From positions 17,236,001 to 17,300,000 of the forward strand of contig OX597824.1 in assembly GCA_951406725.2 (NCBI GenBank): a stretch of 64,000 nucleotides of DNA. Direction: 5' to 3'. The notes under the pieces are model-generated. The model did no database searches. It worked only from the letters and a program-made list of their open reading frames with translations, and was not told the origin of the DNA. Of the stretch, positions 14,605-29,536 are shown piece by piece. How positions within the stretch are numbered: the first letter of the stretch is position 1; each line of letters opens with the position of its first letter. Origin of the DNA: Octopus vulgaris. Taxonomy: Eukaryota. A program made the translations under genes and the position numbers.

Positions 14605-15139
14605 TCCTTGTGAGTGAGAATATATATATCTACCTATCTATCTATACACACACACACACACACATACACACACACAGAAGACACACACGCTCACGCATAC
14701 ACACACTTATAGACGTGTGCCTATCCCTGTTTGCATATACGGCTGCGTGCTTGTATCCTCACATCCACATATAGAAAGTGAAAAAGAGGAGGCGAAACAG
14801 GGCGAAACACAGAGCGGTCATCTCTATATTCAAAGACCTCATATTCATATCAGCCCCGCTTATATCTAAGGAAAAAAGACCTGTGATATCAAAGACATTC
14901 CTAATACGACCAATACCTATGTGTCTGTATTGAAAGTTCAACAAACATAGCGTTATATGCTACGAGGCTGGCGTATAATTTAGGCAGCGTGGTAGCTATT
15001 ACTAGCATCCTCTTATTATATGCGTACATTTATATATGTGTGTAGGTGTTTACATGCGCATGCGCGTGTGTATATGCACGTGTGCAGCTGTGTATTTATA
15101 GTTTAGTATCTAAGTATATGGATACATATATATATATAT

Positions 15140-15249
15140 ATCACCGTGATCGACCAGGTTATCAGATGTTGCTACACATCGCTGGTCACAATGCGCTTCG
15201 CATTGTTTTAGCCTGCAAATGACGCCACCCCGCTGGCTAAGCGAGCAGG

Positions 15250-15252
<3 letters not shown>
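15140..15252 (-). mobile_element. SINE tail T4 fragment in (TA)n
   Basis: Matches 40740-40860 (atcagatgttgctacacatcgctgg...gctggctaagcgagcaggcc). Confidence 0.8.
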
Positions 15253-15280
<28 letters not shown>

Positions 15281-15598
15281 CTATATATATATATGTATAT
15301 ATTTATATACATAGTTACACACACACACTCAGACTACCACATCTATATATATATATACATATATATGTATGTGTGTATGTATGTGTGTGTGTACGTTTTG
15401 CGTGTGTACGTGTGTGTGTGTGTGTGTATATGTAGTGAGGAATATCTGCGTTGTGTGAAATGTGGTTCCCCAGATATGGTTCAGTGTTCAGTCCCACCGC
15501 ATGGCACCTTCGATAGCTGTCTTCTATAGTTTTGAGCCGATAAAGATTTGTTAGTGATGTTGGCAGAAGTTGGCTGAAAGAAGCCCGTTACACACACA

Positions 15599-15688
<90 letters not shown>

Positions 15689-16039
15689 TACTCACAAACA
15701 CACACACACAAACAAACATATATATATATATATATATATATAAAGAGAGAGAGAGAGATTGATTGATAGCCAAATAGATAGATACGTATATTTGCATATA
15801 TGTCAATATCTATCTCTGTATCTATTTATCTAAGTCTCTCTCCATATATATATTTGTGTTTGTGTGTCTGTGTGTTTATGTGTGTGTCTGTGTGTGTGTG
15901 TGTGAAAATGAGGACGAATGAATTGAGCATGTTATATATATACATATTTGTGTAGAGTGAGAGGGAGGGAGAGGAGGAAAGAGAGATGGAGGGAGAGGAG
16001 GAAAGAGAGATGGAGGAAGAGAAGGAAAGAGAGAGGGTG

Positions 16040-16394
<355 letters not shown>

Positions 16395-17355
16395 GTCGTA
16401 GAATGATATAGAAATATGTGTGCTCGTGTGTCAAGTAACAACGTGATGGAAAGAGAAAATTTGGTGAGTGACAAGTCGTTTTGGGCGTGAGAGCCTGAGA
16501 GATAGATAGATAGGTAGGTAGATAGATACATAGATAGACAGAGAGAGACAAAGAGAGAGAGAGAGAGAGTAACTGAGTGAGTGTCAGCAACTGGGGGAGA
16601 GAAAGATAAAGCGACAGAGAAATGAATGAGTTGAAATCAATACAGTATAAATGTGTGAAAGAGTGGGAATAAATGTTTAAATGTGTGAATATATGTATGT
16701 AAATATTTATGTATGTATGTATGTATGTATGTGTGTATGTATGTATGTAGATATGTATGTAGTTATGTTTGTGTGTGGTGTGTATGTAAGCATGTCTTTC
16801 CATGTGTAATGGTCGTTTCGTTTGTATATGGCCGTGCATGGCATTAAAGGTTGTAAAAGAAATATAAAAAAAAAAAATGAGTGAAAATATATTTGGCTAA
16901 AATTTAGAACGAAGCGTAATAAAAGTGAAAGTCAGAGGGATGAAGAGGGGAGGGAGGGAGGGAGAATGGTTGTGAGAGAAGGAGAAGCCTCGAGTTATAA
17001 CAGGGAACGATAGGGACAGATAGAAAAAAGAAAGGCTCTGAGAGACATTGTCACCTGTGTGTGTATACGTATGTGTGTGTGTGTGTGATTGTCTATATAA
17101 AGAGATAGAGTCACACACACACAGGGTGAAGAATTGAGAGAGAAAGAGGAAGAGAAAGATAGAATTGCAGGAATTATCGAGGGAGGGAGGAGATATGTAT
17201 GAAGATAAAAAGAAGGGATAGTCGAGAAAATATCAAACATACATAAAATTGAAAGTAATGCTAAACAACAAAAATAATAATGGCCGCTGATATAAAACAT
17301 CTATACAATGTCGGTGGGAGGAGCAGTAGAGGAGAGTGGAAGTGTGAGCTATAAT

Positions 17356-17395
<40 letters not shown>

Positions 17396-17604
17396 GAGAG
17401 GGGTTCACAAAATGGGTTGTAGGAGGAGGATGTAGAAGGGGCATTAAACACGTATGTCCCTGTTAGTTTGTGTGTGTGTGTGTGTGTGTGTATCTGAACA
17501 TATACGCTTGTATGGACGTTGTTTTTGTGTGTGCATACGAGTGAGTGTGTGTGTGTTGCGCGTGCGAGAGAGGGCCAAATAGACACACACATACACACAC
17601 ACAC

Positions 17605-17639
<35 letters not shown>

Positions 17640-17795
17640 AGCTTGTAATTGGCTTTGCGTGCATTTATGAATGTGTATGCACGTCAATATGTAAATATAT
17701 ATATATATATAAATACACACACACAAATACATACACACGCTTGCATGTGTAGATTTATTTAAATTCACATATATTTATGTATGTATAATACATAC

Positions 17796-17838
<43 letters not shown>

Positions 17839-18693
17839 AGCACACACACATATATGTATGTATATATATATAAATGTATGTATATATGCGTGTGTGTGTA
17901 TAACTTATATACCATATATGTGTGTGTGCATTTGTATGTATGCACGTATGTATATATCTGTGTGTATTCAGGCAGGCATACATACATACATTGATATACA
18001 TGAATTTAAATCCACATATACCTATATGCAGGAATAAATGCAAAAATTTTTGATGTACACACACATCTATATAAACATGTACATACATACATACGTACAC
18101 AAATGCTCTCACTCTCTCTCACACACACACACGGCCAGCATATACTATATACACACAACCCATACATGCCTCTGTGTCTGTGTGTGTGTGTGTGTGTGTT
18201 TGTGCGTACGTATTCGTATGTCTTCGCAAGCGAATACGGAGGTGCCAGAGTGTTATGGCGGGGGTTGGTCGTGGCGGATGAGAGACAGTTTTAAAATGCA
18301 TTAAAATAACACGCTGTAAATACACTTCTCCCTACTGACATCTTAAAAATTCCTTCTTAACTGTATATATATTCGCTGTCCCTTTCTTCCATCGCAGCTC
18401 TCTCTTTCTCCTACTTGCTCTCTCTCTCCCTTCTCTCTCTCTCTCTCTTTACAAATGCCATCCTCTCTAACGTTTCTAACGTTTCTATCACTCTATTCTT
18501 TTCATCCCAAGATTTACAAAATTCACCATCACTATGTCACTCCGCACAATCCCCCCCTCTCTCTCTCTCTCTCTTACTATCAATTTAACTTTTAACTCCC
18601 CTTTTCTTTTCATACATCTTAACGTTTCTTTCTCATCCTCTCTTTATGTCCATTTTGCATTGATTTTATTTGGTGTTGTTGTTGCTGCTGTTG

Positions 18694-18725
<32 letters not shown>

Positions 18726-18949
18726 GGTAATGGCGGTTGTAGTGTTGGTGATTTTTCATCTTGATAATTTTTTTACAGATTTTTTTTTTACAGCAAAATC
18801 TCCCCCCACCACTTTCTTTCTCCCTCTCTTACCTTTTTACATATATTTTGTCTTCAACTGGTGTGCACATATATAGGGATACATGTGTGAATATATTTCA
18901 ATAAATGTGTGTATGCTCCTATGAATATATATATATATATGTATGTATG

Positions 18950-18982
<33 letters not shown>

Positions 18983-19277
18983 TTATATATATGTATGTGT
19001 GTATATATATACATATATATATATACATATATATATATTTATATATGAATATGTATGTATATATATATATATATGTGTGTGTATATATATATATATATGC
19101 TGTTTGTTTCTTCGTTGCTTCATTTAAAAAAACATCGTCTTTTCACCTCTAAAGACACAGAAGAAAAACATACGCACACACATATCTACGCTCAGAATCA
19201 AACGAACACAAACGCACGTACATAACCAGATATAACCAAGCGTTTCATGCACTTGCATACACACTCACTAACTCACT

Positions 19278-19342
<65 letters not shown>

Positions 19343-19961
19343 GCACACATACACACACAACACTCAACGCACTACACACAACATGCGTACAGTTTTTTCT
19401 CAAATAACATAATAGATTAAGAATGAGAGTGAGTGAGCGAGCGAGATAAGGGGAGAATGGTGAGAAGAAACCAAACGGAGATAGTCATATATCTTGTACT
19501 AGGGGGACAATATTCATACCTGAATTTTATTGTCGTATTCTTACGATTTCAAAATGGAAGTGTTGGATTCTGTCGAATGACGATGAGGAATAAAATAAAA
19601 ATGCTAGTGTACATGTAGGCATATATATATATAAGTCTATGTATATGTTTATGTATGTATGTATGCATGTATGTATTATGTATGTATGTATGTATGTAAT
19701 ACACACACAAACACACACATATATCGTACTTCGACTTGAAATGACTTAGCTGAATGCTGCTTTGGAGTTCTGGAGTTCTGGAGTCTTCCCATAGCAATCA
19801 TACAGTCAGCACACAAGATATGCCTCTGTAAATGCATGGATAAATCTCCAGATCAGCAAATGGGAAACTCCACTAGAATATGAATAATATTATTTCCTAC
19901 ACAAGAAATGAGCACACTTTCTTCCCACTCTCAACAAAGACCTGTATGTGTGTATGCGTGC

Positions 19962-20379
<418 letters not shown>

Positions 20380-20458
20380 GTAAACTCATGTACGCATAGC
20401 CGTATGAATATATGATTGTTTGTTTGTTTGTATGTATGTATGTATGTATGTATGTATG

Positions 20459-20497
<39 letters not shown>

Positions 20498-20504
20498 ATA
20501 TATA

Positions 20505-21140
20505 TAAAGGAATACAAATAATGGGACAAGAACGCAAACCGTCCAGACAGATGATACAAAAAAGGGACAAGAAAAAACAAGGACGGGCCAATCGGTGTTT
20601 TCTTTCCTCACATGAGGTCCAGATTATCTTTGCAATATCGGCTGGTTATACTCGAGATTGCTCCAATCTAGCCAGCCCTAAGGAAAAACTAAGCTAAGAG
20701 CATTAGATTCTTTGGAAGGAAAATAAAGGAGAAATGGTACACAAATATAAATGCAAATAACAGGACATTAACAACAAGTGTATTTTGACTAGGGACGAAT
20801 TAAATAAAGCTGGCGTCTGTGGAAGCGGAACAGGCATGGGAATGAATATAGATATTACACGGATAGTAGTCAAACCAACAAAGAAAGGTCAGGCTTGGCC
20901 GAAGACCGGGAACGTGGAGAGAGAGGAGAAAGGTAGAGGCCGAGGGATAGAAGAATTTGGGAGGGTCGAGAAAAAAAAGAAAAGGGACAGAGGGAAGTGA
21001 AAGAGGAAGGAAGCAGGAATGAAGAGAAAGCCAGGAAATGTGAGAGAGGGGAAACGAAAGAACGAAGAGTGGAAAGAACGAAGTAAGTGTGAAGGGGCTG
21101 ATAGAAAGAAAAAAAGAATGAAAGAATAAGAGTCGTACAA
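20505..21140 (-). mobile_element. Penelope-like non-autonomous repeat with a degenerate permuted hammerhead
   Basis: Flanked by (TA)n; same layout as 23760-24290 (pyrimidine-rich 5' part, HHR-like core, U-rich 3' part). Confidence 0.55.
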
Positions 21141-21144
21141 AATT

Positions 21145-21177
<33 letters not shown>

Positions 21178-21217
21178 ATTTGTATATAAATATGCGCGTA
21201 TGTATGTATTTGCGGGG

Positions 21218-22250
21218 TCAGTTATAAACTTTGTAAGGCATGTGATGCTTTTGGAAAGCGTGTATTGAGGCTTTGGTTGAAATCGGACATGAAAACATTA
21301 ACGAAATTTGAGATTTATGTTTTCCCTGCATCGCTGTTGTATGGATACAAAACCTGGACAAACTACCGCAGAGGTATCCAAGGTCTAGAGCATTTCTCCT
21401 GTTCATCTCATATACTTTGTGCGAGAGTACGGCAACAGACAGGTATCGAGAGCCCGGTTTTCATACTCTAATATAGATGGTCCGGTCGAGAAATATTTTT
21501 TCCAGCCAATCAGAGCTCACCCTGGCCTTGTTGTCAAGTTAAAGTCACTCTAGCAAGTAAACCCAAGACGAAGAACGGTTTCGTATGTCGATTTTAGAAG
21601 GAGACAAGTAATTTGATACATTTGTATCTATACCTATTATCGGATTTTGTCAGGGTCCCATATGGTAAAGATGTGAAAGGGAAAAATGTGGTTTGAGGGT
21701 GATGTGCTAGCAACGCTCTCCGCTTACTGTTTTATAAAGTAAACAACAACACAAATAACTACGCAGGGGCAGCCATGGTTGAAACAAGAACAAGAACAAC
21801 AAGCATTCTTAAAAGATAAGAGACATCGTCATTCCTAACTCAAATAGCCTTATCTTATCGCCCATCGTTTGTTATGCGCTTATAAATTAGTTTGATAGTT
21901 GAGCTCTGATTGGCTGTATGCAAATGAGTTCATGACTGGGGTCCGGAACTCTCGTGGGAAAAGAAAAATTTTGCACCTGGATCACCTTCGATATTTAGAC
22001 AACTGCATGCTATATCAAGTGTTGTATTGGTGAACCTAAGTACGGTAAACATCCCCAGTGCAACCAAGGCAAGCGTTTCACAGACAATCTTAAAGACACA
22101 TGTAAAACGACTGGCGTTGATGATAGCATCTGGGAGGATCTTGCATTGGTTAGGGAGCTGTAGAGTGATCTAATTGTTACTGGTGTTAAACAATTCGAGA
22201 AGAAGAGGGTTGCATTGGCTGAGTTGAAACGTGCTGGTAAACGCATAAGT
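21218..22250 (+). pseudogene. Decayed RTE-clade LINE RT C-terminal region interrupted by a MITE-like insert (~21465-21998)
   Basis: KACDAFGK..RLW....TKFEIY....LLYGYKTWT (cf. LLYGCETWT), then KRFTDNLK....IWEDLA. The insert has inverted ends (agccaatcagagctca / tgagctctgattggct). Confidence 0.7.
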
Positions 22251-22758
22251 GATATGATGAACGCCTCTTCCTGAAAAGGCCATGAAATATCTCTTTCTGT
22301 TTATCCACGGTGTTTTATTTCTCAAAACCCAACAACTCGGCCACATGCGTGGTCGCGGAGGTGACGCCGTCTGAAAATGTGATATCAGGTATATTCACTC
22401 ATACAACACGTGTAGTAGAGTATGTGGGCCTGTCAGTGGAATCACTCTGCATTGCAGGACCCGAAATCCAGGTAGTCAGGATGTTAGTGTAGGGCGGATT
22501 GTGGTCGTTGTGAGATAATTTCTAGGTCCCTTGTAGATTTTATGAGGCATATGAGACGTCATCATCGATGAGAGGCGAAGGGGCGTCAAACTTATTTCTT
22601 AGAGTGAAATCGGTCTAGGAAATGGTCTGATTCCGACAGTAGTTAACTTACACCGTAGGTATGTATATGCATATGTATCTGTATGTACATAGGGTATAGT
22701 AGAAGAGTGAACCCGGACCCATGCAGTTGGGAATCAAGCTTCTTACCACACATTCACG

Positions 22759-22828
<70 letters not shown>

Positions 22829-22844
22829 TGTATGTATATGGGTT

Positions 22845-22995
22845 ATATTCCTATAAAAAAAGAAAAAATGGAGTTTTGGAAGTTAATAATTGTTTATAAT
22901 TAACAGCAATTGAATCATCTTCACTTCTGATGATTAATTTGTTGTTAATAATAAACAATTATTTACCTCCCAATCTTCATTTTCTTTATGAATAT
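22845..22995. repeat. Imperfect ~150-bp foldback palindrome
   Basis: aataattgtttataattaacagcaattgaatcatc / gatgattaatttgttgttaataataaacaattatt. Confidence 0.75.
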
Positions 22996-23145
22996 GAAGT
23001 ATGTGTTTTTCTATATACACCTATTATTTTCAGGAAATTAATTTCACAAAAATACTAGGTAGTGAACTAGTATTTCCTGGGATGAAAACATCCCTTCATG
23101 AGCTTCACATAACCTATAATTATATTTATATATATATATAAACAG

Positions 23146-23204
<59 letters not shown>

Positions 23205-23205
<1 letters not shown>

Positions 23206-23450
23206 TGCCTTTTAAAGCCTAGTCAGTCTCATGAGCCTGGTATCCCTGTTTCAATGGCATATGTGTTCCCCAGCTGGACTGGTCGCCAGTCCATCGCAGC
23301 GTTACTCAATTTTGCCAGCTGAGTGGACTGGAGCAACGTGAAATGAAGTGTTTTGCTCAAGAACACAACGTGTCACTAGGTCCAGGAATCGAAACCACAA
23401 TCTTGCGATCATGATGCTGACACCCTAACCACTAACTCACGCACCTTCAC
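23205..23450 (-). mobile_element. SINE family B head + tail T3 (V-domain-like)
   Basis: The reverse complement has a CORE-like domain, then gagtaacgctgcgatggactggcgaccagtccagctggg; this tail is shared with 45760-45880. Confidence 0.85.
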
Positions 23451-23466
23451 ACACACACACACACAC

Positions 23467-23499
<33 letters not shown>

Positions 23500-23759
23500 T
23501 CACTCAAGAGAGTACCAGATATGGATTACTGTCATCGATTAGCTCGATTTAACAGGGCAGAGAGTACACTAGCATGGACGCAAGCCATGGAATAGCTAAA
23601 AGATACAAAATGTCCACCAAGTGGCACCTTGATCAATGTCTTCTGCTATATCCTGGGGCCGACCAAAGGTTTGTAAGTGGATTTGGTAGACTGAAACTGA
23701 AGAAGCTCGTCGTGTATATATATATATATATATATATATTCTTATATATATATATCTTA

Positions 23760-24290
23760 TCTTATCTCCAAATTTTTCCTCCCCCCACAGTTCTCTGTCA
23801 CTTTCTCTCTCTCTCTCTCCCTTGCTCTTCCTCCTTTGCTCGCAGGGATCCCACGTGACCATTGGACATTTTTCTTTTTCAACATATCTTATATTTCATT
23901 CTTTCTTCCTTTTGCAGCTGGATAGGAAGGCGTATTCTTGTCTGTCTCCTGTCCAATCTTGTTTCTTCACGTTCGCCACCACAACCCCTTCGTTTAGGCT
24001 TAGCAGCCCTTCCTGTTTGTTTTCACTGTCCTGTTTTTGTCACCAATTTTAACCTTCCGCTAAATCTAAAATTTTATTTAATTTGCTTTGCTGGAGCAAC
24101 TGTTTTATCGAAGGCGTATTTTGTCGTCAAGTGCTCGAAATACGGACTAGACAAACAGCCGACAACTGATGAAGGGTAGTTTTTTGTGTTTTTTATCGTC
24201 TTTTCCATTTACCTTTTTCCGTTGTTCGCAAAAACGTTCATATTCCATTTATTTTTGTTGTTTACGTTGTGTGACGTCCTGTGCCCACAT
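23760..24290 (+). mobile_element. Penelope-like non-autonomous repeat containing a permuted hammerhead
   Basis: ~530-bp pyrimidine-rich unit between TA-rich tracts, with HHR core elements at 24094-24178. Confidence 0.6.
24094..24178 (+). ncRNA. Candidate non-circularly permuted hammerhead ribozyme
   Basis: GAGCA(24094-98)/UGCUC(24132-36); CGUAU-U(24115-20)/GAA-AUACG(24137-44); UUGUCG(24121-26)/CGACAA(24160-65); intact CUGAUGA(24166-72). Confidence 0.65.
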
Positions 24291-24405
24291 ATGCATATGT
24301 ATATACGTATACCTGTAAGTATGTACGTATACGTATGTATATATGCATATATATATATATATATATTACTTATATTATTATATATATATACATATATATT
24401 ATTTA

Positions 24406-24442
<37 letters not shown>

Positions 24443-24444
24443 TT

Positions 24445-25437
<993 letters not shown>

Positions 25438-25439
25438 CA

Positions 25440-25652
25440 TTTGTGTGTGTGTGTGTGAGTGTATGTGTGTATTTGTGTACCAGTTTTTGTTCCCCACCAT
25501 CGCTTGGTAAAATGTCGGTGTGTTAAAATGTCCATAACTTCACCAAAATAGACCTCTAGGATAAGTACTAGGCTTACAAAGAATAATTCCTGGGGAGGAT
25601 TTGTTCGACTAAAGGCGGTACTCCAGTATGACCACAATCAGATGAGTGAAAG
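25440..25652 (+). mobile_element. SINE family A, 3' half
   Basis: ccccaccatcgcttg...aagtactaggcttacaaagaataa...ggcggtactccagtatgaccac. Confidence 0.8.
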
Positions 25653-26670
25653 AAGTGGTTGGACCAAAATGAAGCGCCGAAAATCTTTCCTAAACCCGAG
25701 TTCTTCAAAAAAAAAAAAGTTTATGGTGATTCTTTGGTGGTGTACGTCTCTTCCACTATAAATTTTTAAAACCCAGCAAAACCATTACTGCTGAAACATA
25801 TTGCCATGAAATTGCCAAAATTAACGAAAAACTGCTACTCCTCCGTCCCAGACTGGTCAAAAGAAGAGGGACAAAAATTCTTCATAATACTATTCGACCA
25901 TTAATGACGCTCCAGAAGTTGTCGGAACTTGGTTACGAAGTTCTTCCCTACTCAGCTTATTCCCCAGAGGTTTCTCCTACCGACTACCATGTTTTCAGAA
26001 ACCTGGACGTTATCAAAGAAGCTTGAGAGGCGGTTGGATGGAACCTACACTCGCCTCCTTATGAGAGCTCAAAATCTCTCGTGGAAGCGCCATCCAACCA
26101 AAATGCAAATATATGGGAAATTACCACCTGTGTCATCTCTTGTGAAAGGTAGGAGAGTCCAGTTTGCTGGACATTGTTGTAGAGCTGAAAAAGAAGTAAT
26201 TTCTACTCTTCTCCTCTGGAAGCCATCTACTCGCAATACCAGAGGGCGCACACTTTCCTACCCTGATGTAATCTCCAGGGATACAGGCATCCAGCAACAG
26301 GACCTCCGTAATGCTATGATGGACCGTGAAGTCTGGCGTAACATAGTAAATTCCATTGTCTCGACCACGGTCGAACAATGATGAAGGTGATGACCATGTT
26401 TTCAAGCAGCTTGACGGTTTCCTGCAAGAGAAGGAGTTAAAAAATAAAATAAAACCCATGCTGAAAGTGCGTTGAAAGGGTTCATCAGCTGCAGAACTCC
26501 AGAACTTTTATATTAGCAGAATAAACAAACTTGTAACCCCCATTGGCAAACATTTGTTGATCGTAATTTTACTTACTTTGATCAATAAAATTTTTCACGG
26601 TTTTTGAAATATTTTTTGATGAATTTAATGTTTCAAAACGTTGCTTACTTACTTCTTACTCAGCCTGATA
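25653..26670 (+). pseudogene. Decayed mariner transposase, 3' part with right TIR, split by a LINE insertion
   Basis: WLDQNEAPK..PKP, FMVILWW, FLKPSKTITAETYC, LGYEVLPYSAYSPEVSPTDYHVF (cf. YSPDLAPSDYHLF), resuming HVFKQLDGFL after the insert; ends in TIR-like ttcttactcagcctgata. Confidence 0.88.
25998..26392 (+). mobile_element. 5'-truncated RTE-group LINE (RT C-terminus) with 12-bp TSD
   Basis: Uninterrupted ETWTLSKKLERRLDGTYTRLL...FAGHCCR...AMMDREVWR; (tga)n tail; TSD accatgttttca at 25986-97 and 26393-404. Confidence 0.92.
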
Positions 26671-26732
26671 TGTACCTAGCCAGCTATTTATTCCGTTGCC
26701 TCTGTATCTGTCGGAGTCTCTTTCTCTTGATA

Positions 26733-26796
<64 letters not shown>

Positions 26797-26832
26797 CATA
26801 TATATATATATTCACATATATATATATATCAC

Positions 26833-26915
<83 letters not shown>

Positions 26916-26956
26916 TATATATAAATATATATATATATATTCACATATATATATAC

Positions 26957-27079
<123 letters not shown>

Positions 27080-27574
27080 GTGTGTATGTATGTGCGTGTG
27101 TGTTTGGATGCATAAGTCAGTGTTTGTTGGGTGTTCACAATCATATTTGTTGCATATATAAGTCATGTTGTCATGAACTCAGAAACGATCGCTGACTGTC
27201 AGATGAATATTTGTATTTTATGTAATTTTAAACATATAAACATGCGGCAGTATGTGTCTAGATATTTACATAACGAAACGTATGGATGGACATTTATGTA
27301 ACAATATATTAATTTGCAATACATGCATAAAAACACATGTACGAATGAATATGTATGTATGCAGGTATATCTAGCTGTGCGTTTGTATCTATGTTTTAGA
27401 GCGGATTTCAGCCAATGGATGTTTATACGAATAATGTCACAGTATGTATTATCGATATTTCAGTTTGTATATGAAAACTTTGTTTCCTCCCAGGTCCGTC
27501 TTCATATCAATCTTTATTAGCATCCATTCTTTTACCGATCTACCTACACGTTCGCTTGCCCACTTCACTCTTTC

Positions 27575-27603
27575 TCTATCTCTCTATCTATCTATCTATC
27601 TAA

Positions 27604-27667
<64 letters not shown>

Positions 27668-27712
27668 ATATCTATCTCTCTCTCTCTATCTCTCTCTCTA
27701 TATATATATCTG

Positions 27713-27779
<67 letters not shown>

Positions 27780-27780
27780 C

Positions 27781-27843
<63 letters not shown>

Positions 27844-27862
27844 GTCTATCTCTCTATCTATG

Positions 27863-27959
<97 letters not shown>

Positions 27960-28029
27960 CTCTTTCTATCTATCTATCTATCTATCATCTATCTATGTAC
28001 CTATCTATATATTTATCTATCTATCTGTG

Positions 28030-28063
<34 letters not shown>

Positions 28064-28110
28064 TCAATCCATCCATCCATCCATCCATTTATCTATCTAT
28101 CTATCTATCT
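27575..28110. repeat. (TATC)n microsatellite
   Basis: About 530 bp of tatc tandem repeats. Confidence 0.97.
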
Positions 28111-29536
28111 GTTGTCCATCTGTCTCTCCCCCCACCCCACCCAATATATATACACACATACATACATGCGCATGTATGCATATATGTGTGTAGACGGACA
28201 TGTATATGAATATATTTGCATATGTATGCACATAAATGCATACAGAATATACATACATATCTACACAGTTATATTACATATATACATACACAACCATACA
28301 TATGTATGTGTGTGTGTATGTGTGTGTGTGCTTGTGTGTATGTGTGTTTGTATTTTCGTGTGTATGCATGTGTACATATGTATGTACTTGTGCATGTAGG
28401 TGTGTATGCGTTTCTCTTTTTAGAAGCACAGAATCGTATGTTGTATGGGAATGCTTGCACATGTAGAACACGACGAAAATATCATCAACTACAACTAGCA
28501 CAACAACAGCAACAACAAATATAATAATACTAACATGGACAAATATCAGCCACAATAACAACCGTTACCGCACCGAACATGATAAATTATTATAACAATA
28601 ACAACAGCTAATTCTCCCAACAGCAGCATGAGACATAAAGAAACGCTGACAGCCTGGAATATTCACCAGACGTGGAGAAAAACATGGCGATATGAAAATA
28701 TAATATAACATTAATAATAAAAAGTAAAAAAATAGAAAATGTTACAACTTAAAAAACATGCCACTATTAAAATAAATAAAGAGAAAAAAAGCAACATAAG
28801 TTAAATAATAATTATATATGTATTATTTTAAAAATGCTGTTGTGGAATGATAAGTTACTAGGAAAATATATAAATTAGTAAAAATGTAAAAAATATGCTG
28901 TGAAATATGTATATATCCCACGCATGGATAAAATATGGGATAAAAACTTATTGACTTCTCGATTTTTATTGAGTAATGCTTCCTTAAATATTAAAAACAA
29001 TTTTTTTTTCTTTTCATGATAAACTTATCTAATCAGGCCTATTGAATTCCAAGTTAGGTACAATGCGTGTGTTGTAACGTTTATGCCGTTCTCGTATATT
29101 AGGAGAATAAGTCAAATATCGAAATGACTTTTTGCCTGTACTTTTCTGTTTCAAAAAATCAAGAAATAAGAAGAAAAAAAAGGAAACTGTATTAGTATAT
29201 TCTTGGTTTCAGATTTGTTGTATCTGTTGTAGCCTTGGTCGCTGTCGTCGTTGCTTAGCTGCAAGTCAGACTTTGTTGAATATACACCTAATCAAACCCA
29301 GTTCGAACCCTGGTCATCTCATCTAAGTTTTATGTATTGCGACCCTATCCTCACACTAACCAGTGCCATATCTTAAAACGCTGGGCCGCGATTAACAGGA
29401 TCATTGATCAATTTGCGTTTTGCTTCAGGTAAACATGTGACCCAATGTATTCCAGAAATGCACAACATAACTACGTCAGTATGTATGGGAAGCAACCACG
29501 GAGACATGTAGACCATAATATCGGTTATTAAACTAT

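Noticed and set aside
29195-29326. Acceptor-like site followed by a Cys-rich frame (ICCICCSLGRCRRC)
   Set aside because: It derives from degenerate (TGT/CGT)n sequence, with no linked exons.
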